From an uncultured Gemmatimonadaceae bacterium (GTDB lineage: Bacteria > Gemmatimonadota > Gemmatimonadetes > Gemmatimonadales > Gemmatimonadaceae): DNA of 64,000 nt. Below are positions 45,738 through 56,230 of this stretch, in pieces. The stretch lies in the NCBI GenBank assembly GCA_963740355.1, contig CAVUDW010000002.1, forward strand, positions 1,920,001 to 1,984,000, given 5' to 3'. A program made the position numbers and the translations under genes. How positions within the stretch are numbered: the stretch's first letter is position 1; every line of letters starts with the position of its first letter. Below the pieces are notes generated by a model. It did no database searches. It had not been told where the DNA came from and saw nothing but the letters and a program-made list of their open reading frames with translations.

Positions 45738-46613
45738 ATGTCGCGCCGCTCATCCCCCACTTCGCCGAGCCTCGTTGTGCGTGAACTCCGAACTGTCGTT
45801 TCCCGGGTCGTCGCGGTCTGTCTCGCAGGGGCGGTCACCGTGCTTCCGCTGCGGGCGCAGAAGCCATCCGCCGATCCGTTCGGCCTCACGGCGCTGAACG
45901 CTGCCTATCGTCTCAAGCTCGGCGAGTTGTCGCTGGACCTGCAGCAAGGCGGGATGTCGCATTTCGAGCCGTACATCTATCCGCTCATGTCGGCGAACGG
46001 TGTCGAGCTGTGGGGCAAGGATGCCTCGCGTCGCGCGGATCATCTCGAGTTCAACATCCGGTACGGCATCTTCGACTCCGGTCCGGCACCAGTGCGGATT
46101 CGCGACACGGATGTACCGAACCTGATCCGCGTCGAGCATACCTCCACGAACCTCGAGGAGCATCTCGGGCATGAGGCGAAGCTGCGATTGGTGCGTGAGA
46201 GTCTTGGCGCTCCCGACGCCTGCGCGCGTGACTCTGTGGTCACGGAGATGGGGTACGCGATCGCGATCTCGTCGACGACGCTCTGGCGTCGCAGTGGGGG
46301 GATGGTCCTGTTCGTCACGCAGGTGAAGGTGCGGAAGCCTGACCCGCCGAAGCCGACGCGCGCGCCTGATCTGACCGCTGTGTATGAAGTCGTGCGATCT
46401 GGATCGCGGCCGACACCTGCCGTGCGACGGGTCCCGACAGAAATCGACGCCGGGTGCAGCATCGAACGCGACGAACTGCTCCGCCTCGCCGTGCCGCTGG
46501 ATTCTGCGGCATTCACTGCGCTGCGGCGGAGTCTGGGGCGTCGGTTGAAGTATGGGGCGGCGCTGACTCCCACGGACCTCGTTGCGGCTCGGCCAGCAAT
46601 CGGGTCGCGCTGA
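45738..46613 (+). CDS. Hypothetical secreted protein
   Basis: 291-aa ORF with a signal-like segment ending LRAQ. Confidence 0.65.
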   Translation: MSRRSSPTSPSLVVRELRTVVSRVVAVCLAGAVTVLPLRAQKPSADPFGLTALNAAYRLKLGELSLDLQQGGMSHFEPYIYPLMSANGVELWGKDASRRADHLEFNIRYGIFDSGPAPVRIRDTDVPNLIRVEHTSTNLEEHLGHEAKLRLVRESLGAPDACARDSVVTEMGYAIAISSTTLWRRSGGMVLFVTQVKVRKPDPPKPTRAPDLTAVYEVVRSGSRPTPAVRRVPTEIDAGCSIERDELLRLAVPLDSAAFTALRRSLGRRLKYGAALTPTDLVAARPAIGSR

Positions 46614-46636
46614 GCCGGCGCCACATGTGCGCCGGC

Positions 46637-46687
46637 AATCCGGTGACAGTGCACTCAATAAGGGATTCAATGCACTGTCACCGGATT
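46637..46687. repeat. REP-like palindrome AATCCGGTGACAGTGCA..TGCACTGTCACCGGATT
   Basis: Inverted pair read directly. Confidence 0.9.
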
Positions 46688-46868
46688 TCCTTTGGACTCG
46701 GCGGCATTCACCACGGTGCGGTGGAGCCTGGGACGTCGGTTGAATATTGGCGCCACTCCGTCCGCCAGCCGTGGTTTCGCGCCATTTGCCACCCCTGCGC
46801 CGCGAATATAGGTTCAACGAGACGTCTATTCCCGACGGGCGAGACTGGCGGCGGCAACGGGGGCACAG

Positions 46869-48407
46869 ATGGCGTACCGCGGAGTGGGGCTGTTCGGGAT
46901 CGGGGTCGTGCTTCTGACCGAGCTCTTGGGGACTGCCGTCGGTGCGCAGCGGCCGGTGAGAAACACCTCCTGCCTGACCGTGGTTGACGCCAGCGGGCGT
47001 TATGCGATCGCCGGGGCTCGCCTTTCCCTCGCCGACCCGAGAGTCAGTTCGGGCGCCGTGGCGATCACCGATTCGTCCGGCCGTGGCTGCCTTGCCGGAC
47101 GGGACAGCGCTGAGTTGCGGGTGGATGCGGTGGGATTCGTTCCCGTGAATCTCGTACTCGGTACCGTGGCGGCGCCGCAGGTGAGAATTCAGCCGCTTCC
47201 TGAAGGCATGATGGACGCCGAGTGGGGTGGTGCGCAGGTCGTCACCGCGTTGGCTCAGGCGCTGCGTCGTCCCGAGATCGCGCGCGACTCCGCGGCGACG
47301 GCGGTCCTCGGCGCGGTGTTGCATCGCGCCGATTCCGTTCCACTTCAGGTCACGGTGACACGTGACTCGATAGGAGTGCTGGTGTTCGGGTATGTCGATC
47401 TCACGCCGGATGGGTCACGCACCGGCGAGGTCCGCATGCGATTCAACGCGCGTCAGTCGATCGTGCTTGGTGTGACGACGACGCGGTGCGGCGAGGCGTG
47501 CAGTCGCGAGTGTGATGTCGCGGTGTCGTGGGCTCCGCGGGAAGGTGCGGGGTGGGCGATGGATGTGCTGGCGCGGAAGGATGCGTTGGGGGAGGTGACG
47601 CGGGTGGCGTTGGATCCTGGTTTGAGCGATCTGCCATCAGGCGTCGCCGCAGTCGAGGCCGTGGGACGCGCTCGCGGCGCCACTCTCGCCGTTCATGGTG
47701 TCGTGCGGAGTGAAAAGGGTCTGCCGCTTGCAGGGATTGAAGTGTACAGCGCCGATGGATCGGTTTCGACGTTGACCAATGACAGGGGTGAGTACCGATT
47801 CACAGTGCCGATGCCCCCTGGTGGTGCACTGATCACGACTCGACGTCTCGGTTGGTCTCCAGTGTTCCGAAAGGTGACTGACGCGGATGGCAGTACCATT
47901 GAATGGAATCCACAGCTCAAGTCCACCACCGTCCTTGCAACGGAACTCGTTCGCGCGACTGCCGTACACGAAGCGCTTCGCTCGTGGCGTTATAACGATT
48001 TCAACGAAAGGCGCGTGAAGGGCCTTGGCCAGTATTACACGCCGGAGGACATCTGGTCGGCGATCTCACTGGGTGACCTGCTCAATCGTGGTCATGGCAT
48101 TCGCGCGATCTTTATGTACGGCAACCGGTTGCGCAAACTCGAGGTGCCAAGTTGCCTCGCGTTTGATCAAACCGTTGGTGTGTACGTTGACGGTGTCGAG
48201 CAGACTGGCGGCATCGAACTGGTGTCTGCGGACCCCGAGATGCGTGCGAAGATGGCCGGCATGAACAGCGACAAGGCCGTCGATGTTCTGATGCGTTATG
48301 TCAATTCTGCCGTCGTTGGCATGGAGGTCTACGTGGGCCGATCTCGCATGCCCGCCGAGTATGCGAACCCGAGATACTGTGCGGTGATCGGGTTGTGGCT
48401 TCGGTAG
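46869..48407 (+). CDS. Secreted protein with carboxypeptidase-regulatory-like domains and a plug-like C-terminus
   Basis: V.D.SG..IAGA.. and GVVRSEKGLPLAGIEV..TNDRGEYRF repeats; C-terminal VYVDGV..GMEVY...PAEY..CAVI.LW. Confidence 0.7.
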   Translation: MAYRGVGLFGIGVVLLTELLGTAVGAQRPVRNTSCLTVVDASGRYAIAGARLSLADPRVSSGAVAITDSSGRGCLAGRDSAELRVDAVGFVPVNLVLGTVAAPQVRIQPLPEGMMDAEWGGAQVVTALAQALRRPEIARDSAATAVLGAVLHRADSVPLQVTVTRDSIGVLVFGYVDLTPDGSRTGEVRMRFNARQSIVLGVTTTRCGEACSRECDVAVSWAPREGAGWAMDVLARKDALGEVTRVALDPGLSDLPSGVAAVEAVGRARGATLAVHGVVRSEKGLPLAGIEVYSADGSVSTLTNDRGEYRFTVPMPPGGALITTRRLGWSPVFRKVTDADGSTIEWNPQLKSTTVLATELVRATAVHEALRSWRYNDFNERRVKGLGQYYTPEDIWSAISLGDLLNRGHGIRAIFMYGNRLRKLEVPSCLAFDQTVGVYVDGVEQTGGIELVSADPEMRAKMAGMNSDKAVDVLMRYVNSAVVGMEVYVGRSRMPAEYANPRYCAVIGLWLR

Positions 48408-48430
48408 CACCTGTCACGCGTGGCGATCCG

Positions 48431-48556
48431 AAATCCGGTGACAGTGCGCTCATTGGAGAATCCGGTGACAGTGCACTCATTCCCTGAATGAGTGCACTGT
48501 CACCGGATTTCCCTGTCACCGGATTTCGTGTGCAGCGGATTTCCCGTCACCGGATT
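48431..48556. repeat. Cluster of about five REP-like copies (two forward, three reverse or partial)
   Basis: AAATCCGGTGACAGTGCRCTCATT twice, then TGAGTGCACTGTCACCGGATTT and truncated (T)GTCACCGGATT copies. Confidence 0.9.
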
Positions 48557-48568
48557 CTCTCGGCCGGA

Positions 48569-50155
48569 CTACCGGCAGGCGTACGACGCTGCATCCTCCG
48601 GCTTCCCCGTGCCGTCGTACCGCGCGAGCCTCGGGTACGCGCACAGAGGATGGGTGCGCAGGACCTTGCCGCCGCTCTCCTTGCGGGCGACGATCCGGGA
48701 CGGCGCCTCGCCCTGCTCGACCCAGCGGCTGATCGTCGTTGCCCAATCCACTTCATCGCAGCCGCTACCGCCGGCGCAGTGCAGCACGCCGGGCATCATG
48801 AAGAGGCGCGTGAACGATGCGGCCTGCGGCGTGCGCGCCTGGACGGCCTTGAAGTACTGGATCGTCGATCGGGCGTTGAGGGCCGGGTCCGACCAGCCAT
48901 GCGCCAGCAGCAGCTTGCCACCACGTGCACGGAATGCCGACAGGTCGGGGTTGGTGGCAGAGACGAGGGCGTTGACCTTGGCGCCGTCACGTGCGGCGCG
49001 CGAGAGGTCGTAGCCGACGTAGCGCCAGGCGGAATCGCCGTAGATGAAATACTTGAAGAACTCGGTGCCGAAGGCGCCCTGCACCGTGGCAGCGGTCTGA
49101 CCTGTCACCGCTGCGATGTCCTGCAACGGACCAGTCAGCCATGCACCCCAACTATCGTCGAAATCCTCGTCGCCGAAGGGTTGCCCCGGATACCGAAGCG
49201 ACCCAGCGACAAGCGGTGATGTGAATGTCGTCAGGGCCGCGCGCTGCGAACGCGTCACGCACCCATCGGCCGCGGTGTCGGCCGGGCAGGCCGGGAGGGA
49301 TGCGAGTCGGAACGTGCACGCCTCCGGATTTTCGATGGTGCTGTCGCGCACACCGTCGGTTGCATCACAGGCGTCGGTGACCTTGGCAGCCAGCAGCTTC
49401 AGCACCGCGGGAGTGACGACTGGTGCCGTGATATCGCCGGTCGGGTACTGCGCCTGCAGGTTGCGAACGAAGGTGGTGGTGATGTGGAGGAAGTTGTACG
49501 CCGGTGCAAGCGCGACGATGCCGTCGAAATCGGCGGGATACCGCTGGGCCTCCATCAAGGCCTCGCGTCCACCGTTCGAGCAGCCGATGAAGTAGGAGTG
49601 CTCCGCCTCGCGACCGTAGTAGGCCTTGATCAGCAGCTTCGTCACCTCCGCGGTGCGATGCACAGCACGATGTGCGAAGTCCACCACACGTCGCTCATTG
49701 TTCAGTGCCCAGCCTGCGTTGAGGCTGTTGGCCGTGTGACCTGCGTCCGTCCCGACCGTCGCGTAGCCTTGGTGCACCGTGGACGAGAATTGGTTGTCCA
49801 CCGCGCCGACGAATCCGCCGCCGCCACCCATCAGAAAGCGCCCATTCCAATCGTTGGGGAGCATCGCGACGATGTGAGTCTCCTCGTCGACGGTGGCCTC
49901 CACTCGGCAGTACGGCTTGCGCCCCAGTGCACGCAGCGAGTCGTTCGGGGAGGCTGCGCGCACGGCAGTGACGCGTGCGTCGGGCAGCGTGATCTGCATC
50001 GCTGCGGCGCAGTCGATCACCGTGCGACTGAGCTCGGCGCGGCCGTGCCCGATCCGCGCTGCCACAGCTGTCCGGGGCAGCACGAACGAGGCCAGCGAGA
50101 GTAGCGCCGATGCCAGGTGACGACGTGACAGCAGGTGGAACGCAGTGACGCGCAT
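48569..50155 (-). CDS. Tannase/feruloyl esterase-family hydrolase
   Basis: WNGRF..GGGG, GCSNGGR, AQRYPADFDG, HGWSD, PGVLHC, PLCAYP. Confidence 0.93.
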   Translation of the reverse strand: MRVTAFHLLSRRHLASALLSLASFVLPRTAVAARIGHGRAELSRTVIDCAAAMQITLPDARVTAVRAASPNDSLRALGRKPYCRVEATVDEETHIVAMLPNDWNGRFLMGGGGGFVGAVDNQFSSTVHQGYATVGTDAGHTANSLNAGWALNNERRVVDFAHRAVHRTAEVTKLLIKAYYGREAEHSYFIGCSNGGREALMEAQRYPADFDGIVALAPAYNFLHITTTFVRNLQAQYPTGDITAPVVTPAVLKLLAAKVTDACDATDGVRDSTIENPEACTFRLASLPACPADTAADGCVTRSQRAALTTFTSPLVAGSLRYPGQPFGDEDFDDSWGAWLTGPLQDIAAVTGQTAATVQGAFGTEFFKYFIYGDSAWRYVGYDLSRAARDGAKVNALVSATNPDLSAFRARGGKLLLAHGWSDPALNARSTIQYFKAVQARTPQAASFTRLFMMPGVLHCAGGSGCDEVDWATTISRWVEQGEAPSRIVARKESGGKVLRTHPLCAYPRLARYDGTGKPEDAASYACR

Positions 50156-50209
50156 GCGGGACTCCGTGGTAAGTGGGCGAAGGCACTGCGCGGCCGTAAG
50201 ACGCGACCC

Positions 50210-50353
50210 AAATCCGGTGACAGTGCACTCAATCCCGCTGCCAACGAACTCGACGAGCGGCAAGCTAACGGAGGCGCACTGGCGGTAGCGCGGGAACGGG
50301 AATAGGTGCACTGTCACCGGATTCGGCGGAAATGAGTGCACTGTCACCGGATT
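50210..50353. repeat. REP-like copies: one forward and two reverse flanking a ~70-bp spacer (REPIN-like)
   Basis: AAATCCGGTGACAGTGCACTCA at 50210; GTGCACTGTCACCGGATT at 50306 and 50336. Confidence 0.9.
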
Positions 50354-50389
50354 GCGGGCGCCATGCAGCCCGGCTTGCTTCGGGAATTC

Positions 50390-50419
50390 TTGACACTTCG
50401 CCACCCCGGCGACGATAGT
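50390..50419 (+). promoter_or_regulatory. Possible sigma70 promoter of the kinase gene
   Basis: TTGACA, 18-nt spacer, GATAGT; AGGAG RBS precedes the start. Confidence 0.4.
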
Positions 50420-50448
50420 GTCGAGATCGATCTCGCCCAGGAGATGCC

Positions 50449-53040
50449 GTGATGTCGGACTCCGAATCACCGCCGCCGTCTGCCGACAGTATCTCCTTCG
50501 CTGCCGGGAGTGTGGTCGGGGCGTTTACGCTGCTCCAGCCGCTGGGTGAGGGCGGCATGGGCGAGGTCTGGGAGGCCGAGCAGCGGCAGCCGATCCGCCG
50601 GCACGTCGCGGTCAAGTTTCTCAAGCTCGGGCTCGACACCAAGGCGTTCCTCGCCCGATTCGAGATCGAGCGACAGGCGCTGGCTGTCATGGACCACCCC
50701 GGTATCGCGCGTGTGCTCGACGCCGGCGCAACTGCGAGCGGCCGTCCGTACTACGTGATGGAGATCGTCCGCGGCATGCCGCTGACGGAGTTCTGCGACA
50801 CCTATCGCCTCACCACCGAACGGCGCCTCGAACTCTTCGCCGACGTCTGTCTTGCCGTGCAGCACGCGCACCAGAAGGGCGTGATCCATCGCGACCTCAA
50901 GCCGTCCAACATTCTCGTGACGATGGTGGACGATCACCCGGTGCCGAAGGTGATCGACTTCGGCATCGCGAAGGCCGTCGGCGGACGGATGACCGACATC
51001 ACCTTCTTCACCGAGATCGGCCACCCCGTTGGCACGCCGGCGTACATGAGTCCGGAGCAGTGGGAACAGGGCCAGTTCGACATCGACACGCGCAGCGATG
51101 TCTACAGCCTTGGCGTGATCCTCTATGAGTTGCTTGCCGGTCGAGTGCCGAACGACACGGCGCGCCTGCTGATGGTGGGCGGCGCCGCAGTTGCCCAGCT
51201 GATGCGTGAGATGACACCGCCGGCGCCGAGCACGCGAGTCAAGAGTCTTGGTAACGAAACGAATGCGGTGGCGCGTGCACACGGCACCGATCCTCGCGGC
51301 CTGTCGCGCGAATTGCGGGGTGACCTCGATTGGATCACGCTCAAGGCGATGGATCCCGATCGGAGCCGGCGCTACGACACGGCACACGCCATCGCGCAGG
51401 ACATCATGCGCCATATGCACGCCGAGCCTGTCAGCGCGCGGCCGCCGAGTCTTTCGTATCGGGCAGGGCGCTTCGTGCGACGCAATCGGACGGGCGTCGC
51501 CTTGGCGTCAATCGTGCTGTTGGCCGGCGTTGGTTTCACTGGTCAGACAGTAGCGCAAGCTCGGCGGCTGAAGGTGGAACGCGATCGCGCCGAGTTGGCG
51601 GCACGCATTGCAATCGCGAATGGCGAGATGCAGAAGGCGTTGCTCACGCTGGTGGAATCCGACTCGGGGAGCATGACCGCCGACCAGCGTCTGGAGAAGG
51701 TGCAGGGGATGATGGAGAAGCAATTCGCGGGCGATCCGATCGTGCAGTCGTCGCTGTTCATGACGCTTGCTGACCGCTACGGTGAACTGAACCAGTTGGG
51801 GAAGCAGGTCACGCTGACGCAGCTCGCTGCCGCGCGGGCGCACGACGCGGGCGAGGCGATGGTCGAAGCGCGGACCCGCTGCCTCGCTGCCTGGATCCAC
51901 TTCCGGCTCGAGCAGCCGGATTCTGGAAGCGCGCAACTCGCTACCGGTCTGGCGCTGCTGAAATCACCCGGCGAGGACGAGCGAGTGCAGGCCCAGGTCG
52001 CGTGCAATAGTGCGCAGTCCACGCAATTCGCGATGCGACAGCAGTTCGACTCGGCGACGGCGCGGACGCGGGCTTCTGTGCAACTACTCGAGTCGATCGG
52101 CGACACGCTCACGAGCGACTACGACGTGACGCTCAACAACTATGCGCAGTCGCTCAACCAGGCCGGTCGTCCTCGCGAGGCGAGCGACGTTCTGGGTCGC
52201 TTGATTACGATACTGGCGCGTAGGGGAGGGCAAAACCTCACCGGCTACCTCGTAATCGTCTCCAATCGTGCGAGCGTCGCGCTGCAGCTCGGCGAATTTG
52301 CGACGGCGCGCGAACAGCTCGAGAAGGAAGCGGCGCGCCTGCGCACGCCTGGCTCTACCGCGCCACTGCCACCGATGATCGCGTATCGACTGATCATGAC
52401 GTATCACATGCTGGGCGCCGCCGACAGCGTCAAGCCCCTCGCCAGCGCCTTGCTTGGCGACGCCACACTTGGTTTGCCGCCGCCGATATTGCTCGACGCG
52501 CGTATCGCGCTGGCTGACGCTGAGCTTCGCACCGGCAATCTTGCTGCGGCGCGACGCGAGGCTGCACTGGTAGCGCAAGGCGCATCACAAATGGCCGCCG
52601 CGCCACCGCGCGCGAGGGCGAGAGCAGCGCTGCTCGGCGCCGCGATGCTGCACGCCGAGGGGCAGAACGCGCAGGCGCTCGACTCATTGCAGCGGTTTCT
52701 GAGCGCGGCTGGGTACAAGCCTGGCGTGCGAGGGGAGGGGCTGACGCCGATGCTCATTCGCGCCAGCGCGTATGCGTTGGCAGCGGGTGACAACGCGCGC
52801 GCCGCAGTGTTCGCGCGCGACGCGAAGGTCGCGGCGAGTGTCGATACGCTGGCCGTGTCACGCAGTGCGTTCGTGGGTGAGGCACTCGCGGCAGAGGCGC
52901 GCGCGATGCAGGCGCAGGGCAACACAAGCGGGGCACGCGACCTGGGCACAAAGGCGCTGGTGCCTCTTCGGTACGGCTATGGCGACGGACATCCGGTTGT
53001 GGCTGCAGCGCAGCGTTGGCTGGCGGAGCTGAAACCGTAG
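50449..53040 (+). CDS. Hanks-type Ser/Thr protein kinase with a TM helix and TPR-like C-terminus
   Basis: LGEGGMGEV, VAVK, HRDLKPSN, DFG, GTPAYMSPEQ, DVYSLG. Confidence 0.95.
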   Translation: MMSDSESPPPSADSISFAAGSVVGAFTLLQPLGEGGMGEVWEAEQRQPIRRHVAVKFLKLGLDTKAFLARFEIERQALAVMDHPGIARVLDAGATASGRPYYVMEIVRGMPLTEFCDTYRLTTERRLELFADVCLAVQHAHQKGVIHRDLKPSNILVTMVDDHPVPKVIDFGIAKAVGGRMTDITFFTEIGHPVGTPAYMSPEQWEQGQFDIDTRSDVYSLGVILYELLAGRVPNDTARLLMVGGAAVAQLMREMTPPAPSTRVKSLGNETNAVARAHGTDPRGLSRELRGDLDWITLKAMDPDRSRRYDTAHAIAQDIMRHMHAEPVSARPPSLSYRAGRFVRRNRTGVALASIVLLAGVGFTGQTVAQARRLKVERDRAELAARIAIANGEMQKALLTLVESDSGSMTADQRLEKVQGMMEKQFAGDPIVQSSLFMTLADRYGELNQLGKQVTLTQLAAARAHDAGEAMVEARTRCLAAWIHFRLEQPDSGSAQLATGLALLKSPGEDERVQAQVACNSAQSTQFAMRQQFDSATARTRASVQLLESIGDTLTSDYDVTLNNYAQSLNQAGRPREASDVLGRLITILARRGGQNLTGYLVIVSNRASVALQLGEFATAREQLEKEAARLRTPGSTAPLPPMIAYRLIMTYHMLGAADSVKPLASALLGDATLGLPPPILLDARIALADAELRTGNLAAARREAALVAQGASQMAAAPPRARARAALLGAAMLHAEGQNAQALDSLQRFLSAAGYKPGVRGEGLTPMLIRASAYALAAGDNARAAVFARDAKVAASVDTLAVSRSAFVGEALAAEARAMQAQGNTSGARDLGTKALVPLRYGYGDGHPVVAAAQRWLAELKP

Positions 53041-53208
53041 AAAATCGGTGACAGTGCACTCATTTCCCGAATTGAGTGCACTGTCACCGATTTTCGCGCG
53101 GAAGGTAGAACGGTCGCTACGGCGTGACGGTCACCGGCACCGAGACCGACAGGAAATCCGGTGACAGTGCACTCATTCTTTGAATTGAGTGCACTGTCAC
53201 CGGTTTTC
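53041..53208. repeat. Two REP-like palindromes (53041-53094 and 53153-53208)
   Basis: CGGTGACAGTGCACTCA-loop-TGAGTGCACTGTCACCG twice. Confidence 0.92.
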
Positions 53209-53301
53209 CCCACTCTCGATCGCTTGGCGCGCGGGCGTTCTACCACGCCAGACATACGAATGGGTGCCAAAGCGCAGGCGCTCAGGAGCGACTGCGCTGC
53301 G

Positions 53302-54318
53302 CTACCACCCAGCCCCATACCCACTGGCTGCCAGAATCGCAGCCGGATCGCGCATGGTGATCAACTCTTCCAGCGCGGCCACTTTGTCTGGCGCACGCTT
53401 CACGTACGCGCGCGCGATCTGCATGCCCACCCAGTACCCCAGCTCATCCGGCCAACCAGTGGGGGCCGAGCGGTAGTTGCCGAACCAGCGCTTCATCGCG
53501 GTCTGGCCGTCGGCGTCGAGGTTCCACTCGCCGACTCGACCGGCGATCGCACGCTTGCGATCGGTATTGAACTCGCGCCAAAGCTCGCGCTCACGCGGCC
53601 GCGCCCATGCGTCGCGCTCCGCACCGGGCTGGGCGCCGGTAGCGAGCATCGAGATATACTCCGGCGTGCCTTCCATCAGCGCCATGAACAGGATCGGGTC
53701 CGCGCCGTAGGTCGCCGACGAGGGCGACGGGTTCTGGAAGCTGTGCACCGTTTCGTGTGCGAAGATGCGTCGCATCGCCTCACGGAATTGCACCACCGTC
53801 GTCCCCGGCCCGCACATGACTTCGAGGCCGAGTGCCTGCACGTCGGGGAGGGCCATGCCGCCGGAGTTGCCGGCGCCGAAGACGACGTGGACTTCGGGCA
53901 CTCGGCGGCCAGGCAACATGCCGGCGTAGGCCAGGTAAACCGCACGCATCTCGTCGCGCAGGCCGCTGACCGCAGGCAGGCAGGTCTCGATGGCGTACTT
54001 GTATCGCGCCGGTTCCCGCGCCACCGCAGCGGCAAGATTCGTCGCATTCTGAATCCTGTCTGGCGTGAACGCGACGACTCCGCGCCCTGCGCCGTCGAGG
54101 TAGCCGGCCTGCAGCTGCGCGGCAGATGGGGCGCCGCCCGCCGCGCGGAAGACAGTCGCGAAGTGGTCGGCGTCGGTCGCGTTCACTTCCATCGTCAGGA
54201 CGCGATTGATCGCCTGACTTGGTGAGCCTGACGGTGGGGCGGCGTCAGGCTTTTGTGTCGATGCAGTCGCGCATCCGGTCAGCAAGAGCAGGGCAGAGAG
54301 GAGGCGAGACGCGGGCAT
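53302..54318 (-). CDS. Lipoprotein, putative Zn-dependent protease (DUF2268-like)
   Basis: Lipobox LTGC, AHETVH (HExxH), EG, LGYWVG.QI. Confidence 0.8.
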   Translation of the reverse strand: MPASRLLSALLLLTGCATASTQKPDAAPPSGSPSQAINRVLTMEVNATDADHFATVFRAAGGAPSAAQLQAGYLDGAGRGVVAFTPDRIQNATNLAAAVAREPARYKYAIETCLPAVSGLRDEMRAVYLAYAGMLPGRRVPEVHVVFGAGNSGGMALPDVQALGLEVMCGPGTTVVQFREAMRRIFAHETVHSFQNPSPSSATYGADPILFMALMEGTPEYISMLATGAQPGAERDAWARPRERELWREFNTDRKRAIAGRVGEWNLDADGQTAMKRWFGNYRSAPTGWPDELGYWVGMQIARAYVKRAPDKVAALEELITMRDPAAILAASGYGAGW

Positions 54319-54524
54319 GGCTTCCGTGGAGCGTGGGTGGCAGTGATGCTTCAGTCCTCGACATGCAGTCGGCGTGGCGAACGCAAAACTACCTACCGCG
54401 CGATCACGCTCGCAGGTCTCGCGACCAGATACATCTTCTCCGTGAGTTCGGTCTGGTCGCACGGCGGGGCCGAAGTGTTGCGCGGCCTCGAAACTGGACA
54501 CTTTGGTGCCAGCTATTCTGGCTA

Positions 54525-54538
54525 TTCCGGTGACAGTG
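54525..54538 (+). repeat. Degenerate single REP-like copy
   Basis: TTCCGGTGACAGTG. Confidence 0.5.
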
Positions 54539-54592
54539 AGCGCTAGCCCAGATTGCGGGGGAAGCAAGCCGACACCTCGATCCACCCCTCCG

Positions 54593-56230
54593 ATGCCGAT
54601 CACTCGCGTGTGCCCACGACGAATCACCACCGTCATCCGCTGTGTCGCACTCTTGTCTCTCGTCGCCTGCCGCCAGGGCGACTCCAGCAAGCGCGCCCCC
54701 GACTCGACGGGTGCCAACACGATCGTGACCACTCCGACGGGTCGGTTCCGCCCTGATCAGCCGAAGGAGGGCGTCCTTGCCTACCTCGGCATCCCATACG
54801 CGCAGCCGCCTGTCGGACCTTTGCGCTGGCGCGAAGCCGTCGCGCTCCAGCCGTCGACCATCGAGCAGAGCGCGACGACCTTCGGCCACACCTGCCGCCA
54901 GCGGATGGACAAGAACGAGGCGGCGTCCTCGACTCCGCAGGGTGAGGATTGTCTGTCGCTGAATGTCTGGACCCGCGGCCCGTCCGCGAAGCGTGCGCCG
55001 GTGATGCTCTGGATTCACGGCGGTGCTAACGTGAGCGGTGGGACTGCTGACCCGTTCTACGACGGGCACAACTTCGTCCGCGACAATGACGTGGTGCTGG
55101 TGTCGATCAACTATCGACTCGGCCCTTTCGGCTTTCTCGACCTGTCGGGGATCGGCGACACCACGTTCGCGCGGAGCCGGAACCTCGGCCTGCTCGACCA
55201 ACTCGCCGCCCTGCGCTGGGTTCGCAGCAACATCGCTGCATTCGGCGGTGACTCGGCCAACATCACGGTGTTTGGCGAGTCTGCCGGTGGATCCGCAGTT
55301 ATGCGCCTGATGGCGATGCCGCTGGCGAAGGGACTGTTCGACAAGGCGATCATCGAAAGCGGCGGTCCGGCCAACATCCGCGTGCGTGGCACGACGCCCA
55401 AATCGGGCGTCGAGTCAGGGCTCGCGCTCACCCGTGAGTTCATGCAAGCCGCGCACGCCGGCGATGTCGCGGCCCTGCAGGCGCTCGATCCCGACACGGT
55501 GCTCGCCGTTGCAGAACGCGTTGCCAAGGCACGCGGTGACGCGCTCGGAGTCTCGACCTGGGGCGCACGCGCAGACGGCGTGGTGTTGCCCGAAGATGTG
55601 TTCGGCGACATCCGTCGTGGCGCAGGGAAGGGTATCAAGGTGTTGATCGGCACCAACGAAGACGAGATGCTGTACTTCCGGCTCTACGACCCACAGTTCG
55701 AGCAGACCTTGATGCGCGAGTATCACGCATCGTCGACGGCGATGGGTCGGAGCTTCGCGACCGTCAAGGACATCGCGGATTCCTATGTCGCGAACAGCAC
55801 GGATCCCAAGCGCTACATCGACTTCGCGGGTGAGTTCTGGCTGCGCCAGCCGTCGATCTTGTTTGCCGAGGGTGCGTCACGGTACGCGGATACGTACATG
55901 TATCTGTGGGCGTGGGACTCTGGTGTTCCCGGCCTGGGGGCGAGTCACGCGATCGAGTTGCCGTTTGTGTTCGGGCACCTCACCGGGCCGAGTGTAGAGA
56001 AGTTCACCGGGGCCAATCCGCCGGCGGCGCTCTCGCGAAGAATTCAGGCAGCGTGGACGGCGTTTGCTACAAAGGGGAATCCCACGGTGGCCGGTAACGG
56101 CGAGTGGCCGAAGTACACGGAGTCGGATCGGGCGACGCGGATACTGAGGGACGGACCGTGGAGCGTAGTCGTCGACCCGAGGAAGGACGCGCGGGTGATG
56201 CTCCGAGGGATGTACGACGTCGCGCGGTGA
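54593..56230 (+). CDS. Type-B carboxylesterase lipoprotein
   Basis: GIPYAQPPVG.LRW, EDCL.LNVW, WIHGG, GESAG, GASHAIE; lipobox LVAC. Confidence 0.94.
   Translation: MPITRVCPRRITTVIRCVALLSLVACRQGDSSKRAPDSTGANTIVTTPTGRFRPDQPKEGVLAYLGIPYAQPPVGPLRWREAVALQPSTIEQSATTFGHTCRQRMDKNEAASSTPQGEDCLSLNVWTRGPSAKRAPVMLWIHGGANVSGGTADPFYDGHNFVRDNDVVLVSINYRLGPFGFLDLSGIGDTTFARSRNLGLLDQLAALRWVRSNIAAFGGDSANITVFGESAGGSAVMRLMAMPLAKGLFDKAIIESGGPANIRVRGTTPKSGVESGLALTREFMQAAHAGDVAALQALDPDTVLAVAERVAKARGDALGVSTWGARADGVVLPEDVFGDIRRGAGKGIKVLIGTNEDEMLYFRLYDPQFEQTLMREYHASSTAMGRSFATVKDIADSYVANSTDPKRYIDFAGEFWLRQPSILFAEGASRYADTYMYLWAWDSGVPGLGASHAIELPFVFGHLTGPSVEKFTGANPPAALSRRIQAAWTAFATKGNPTVAGNGEWPKYTESDRATRILRDGPWSVVVDPRKDARVMLRGMYDVAR

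Noticed and set aside
46637..54538. CRISPR repeats, attC sites or IS ends for the GGTGACAGTGCAC palindromes
   Set aside because: Spacing is irregular and gene-sized, there are no RYYYAAC/GTTRRRY boxes, and there is no transposase or evident target duplication.
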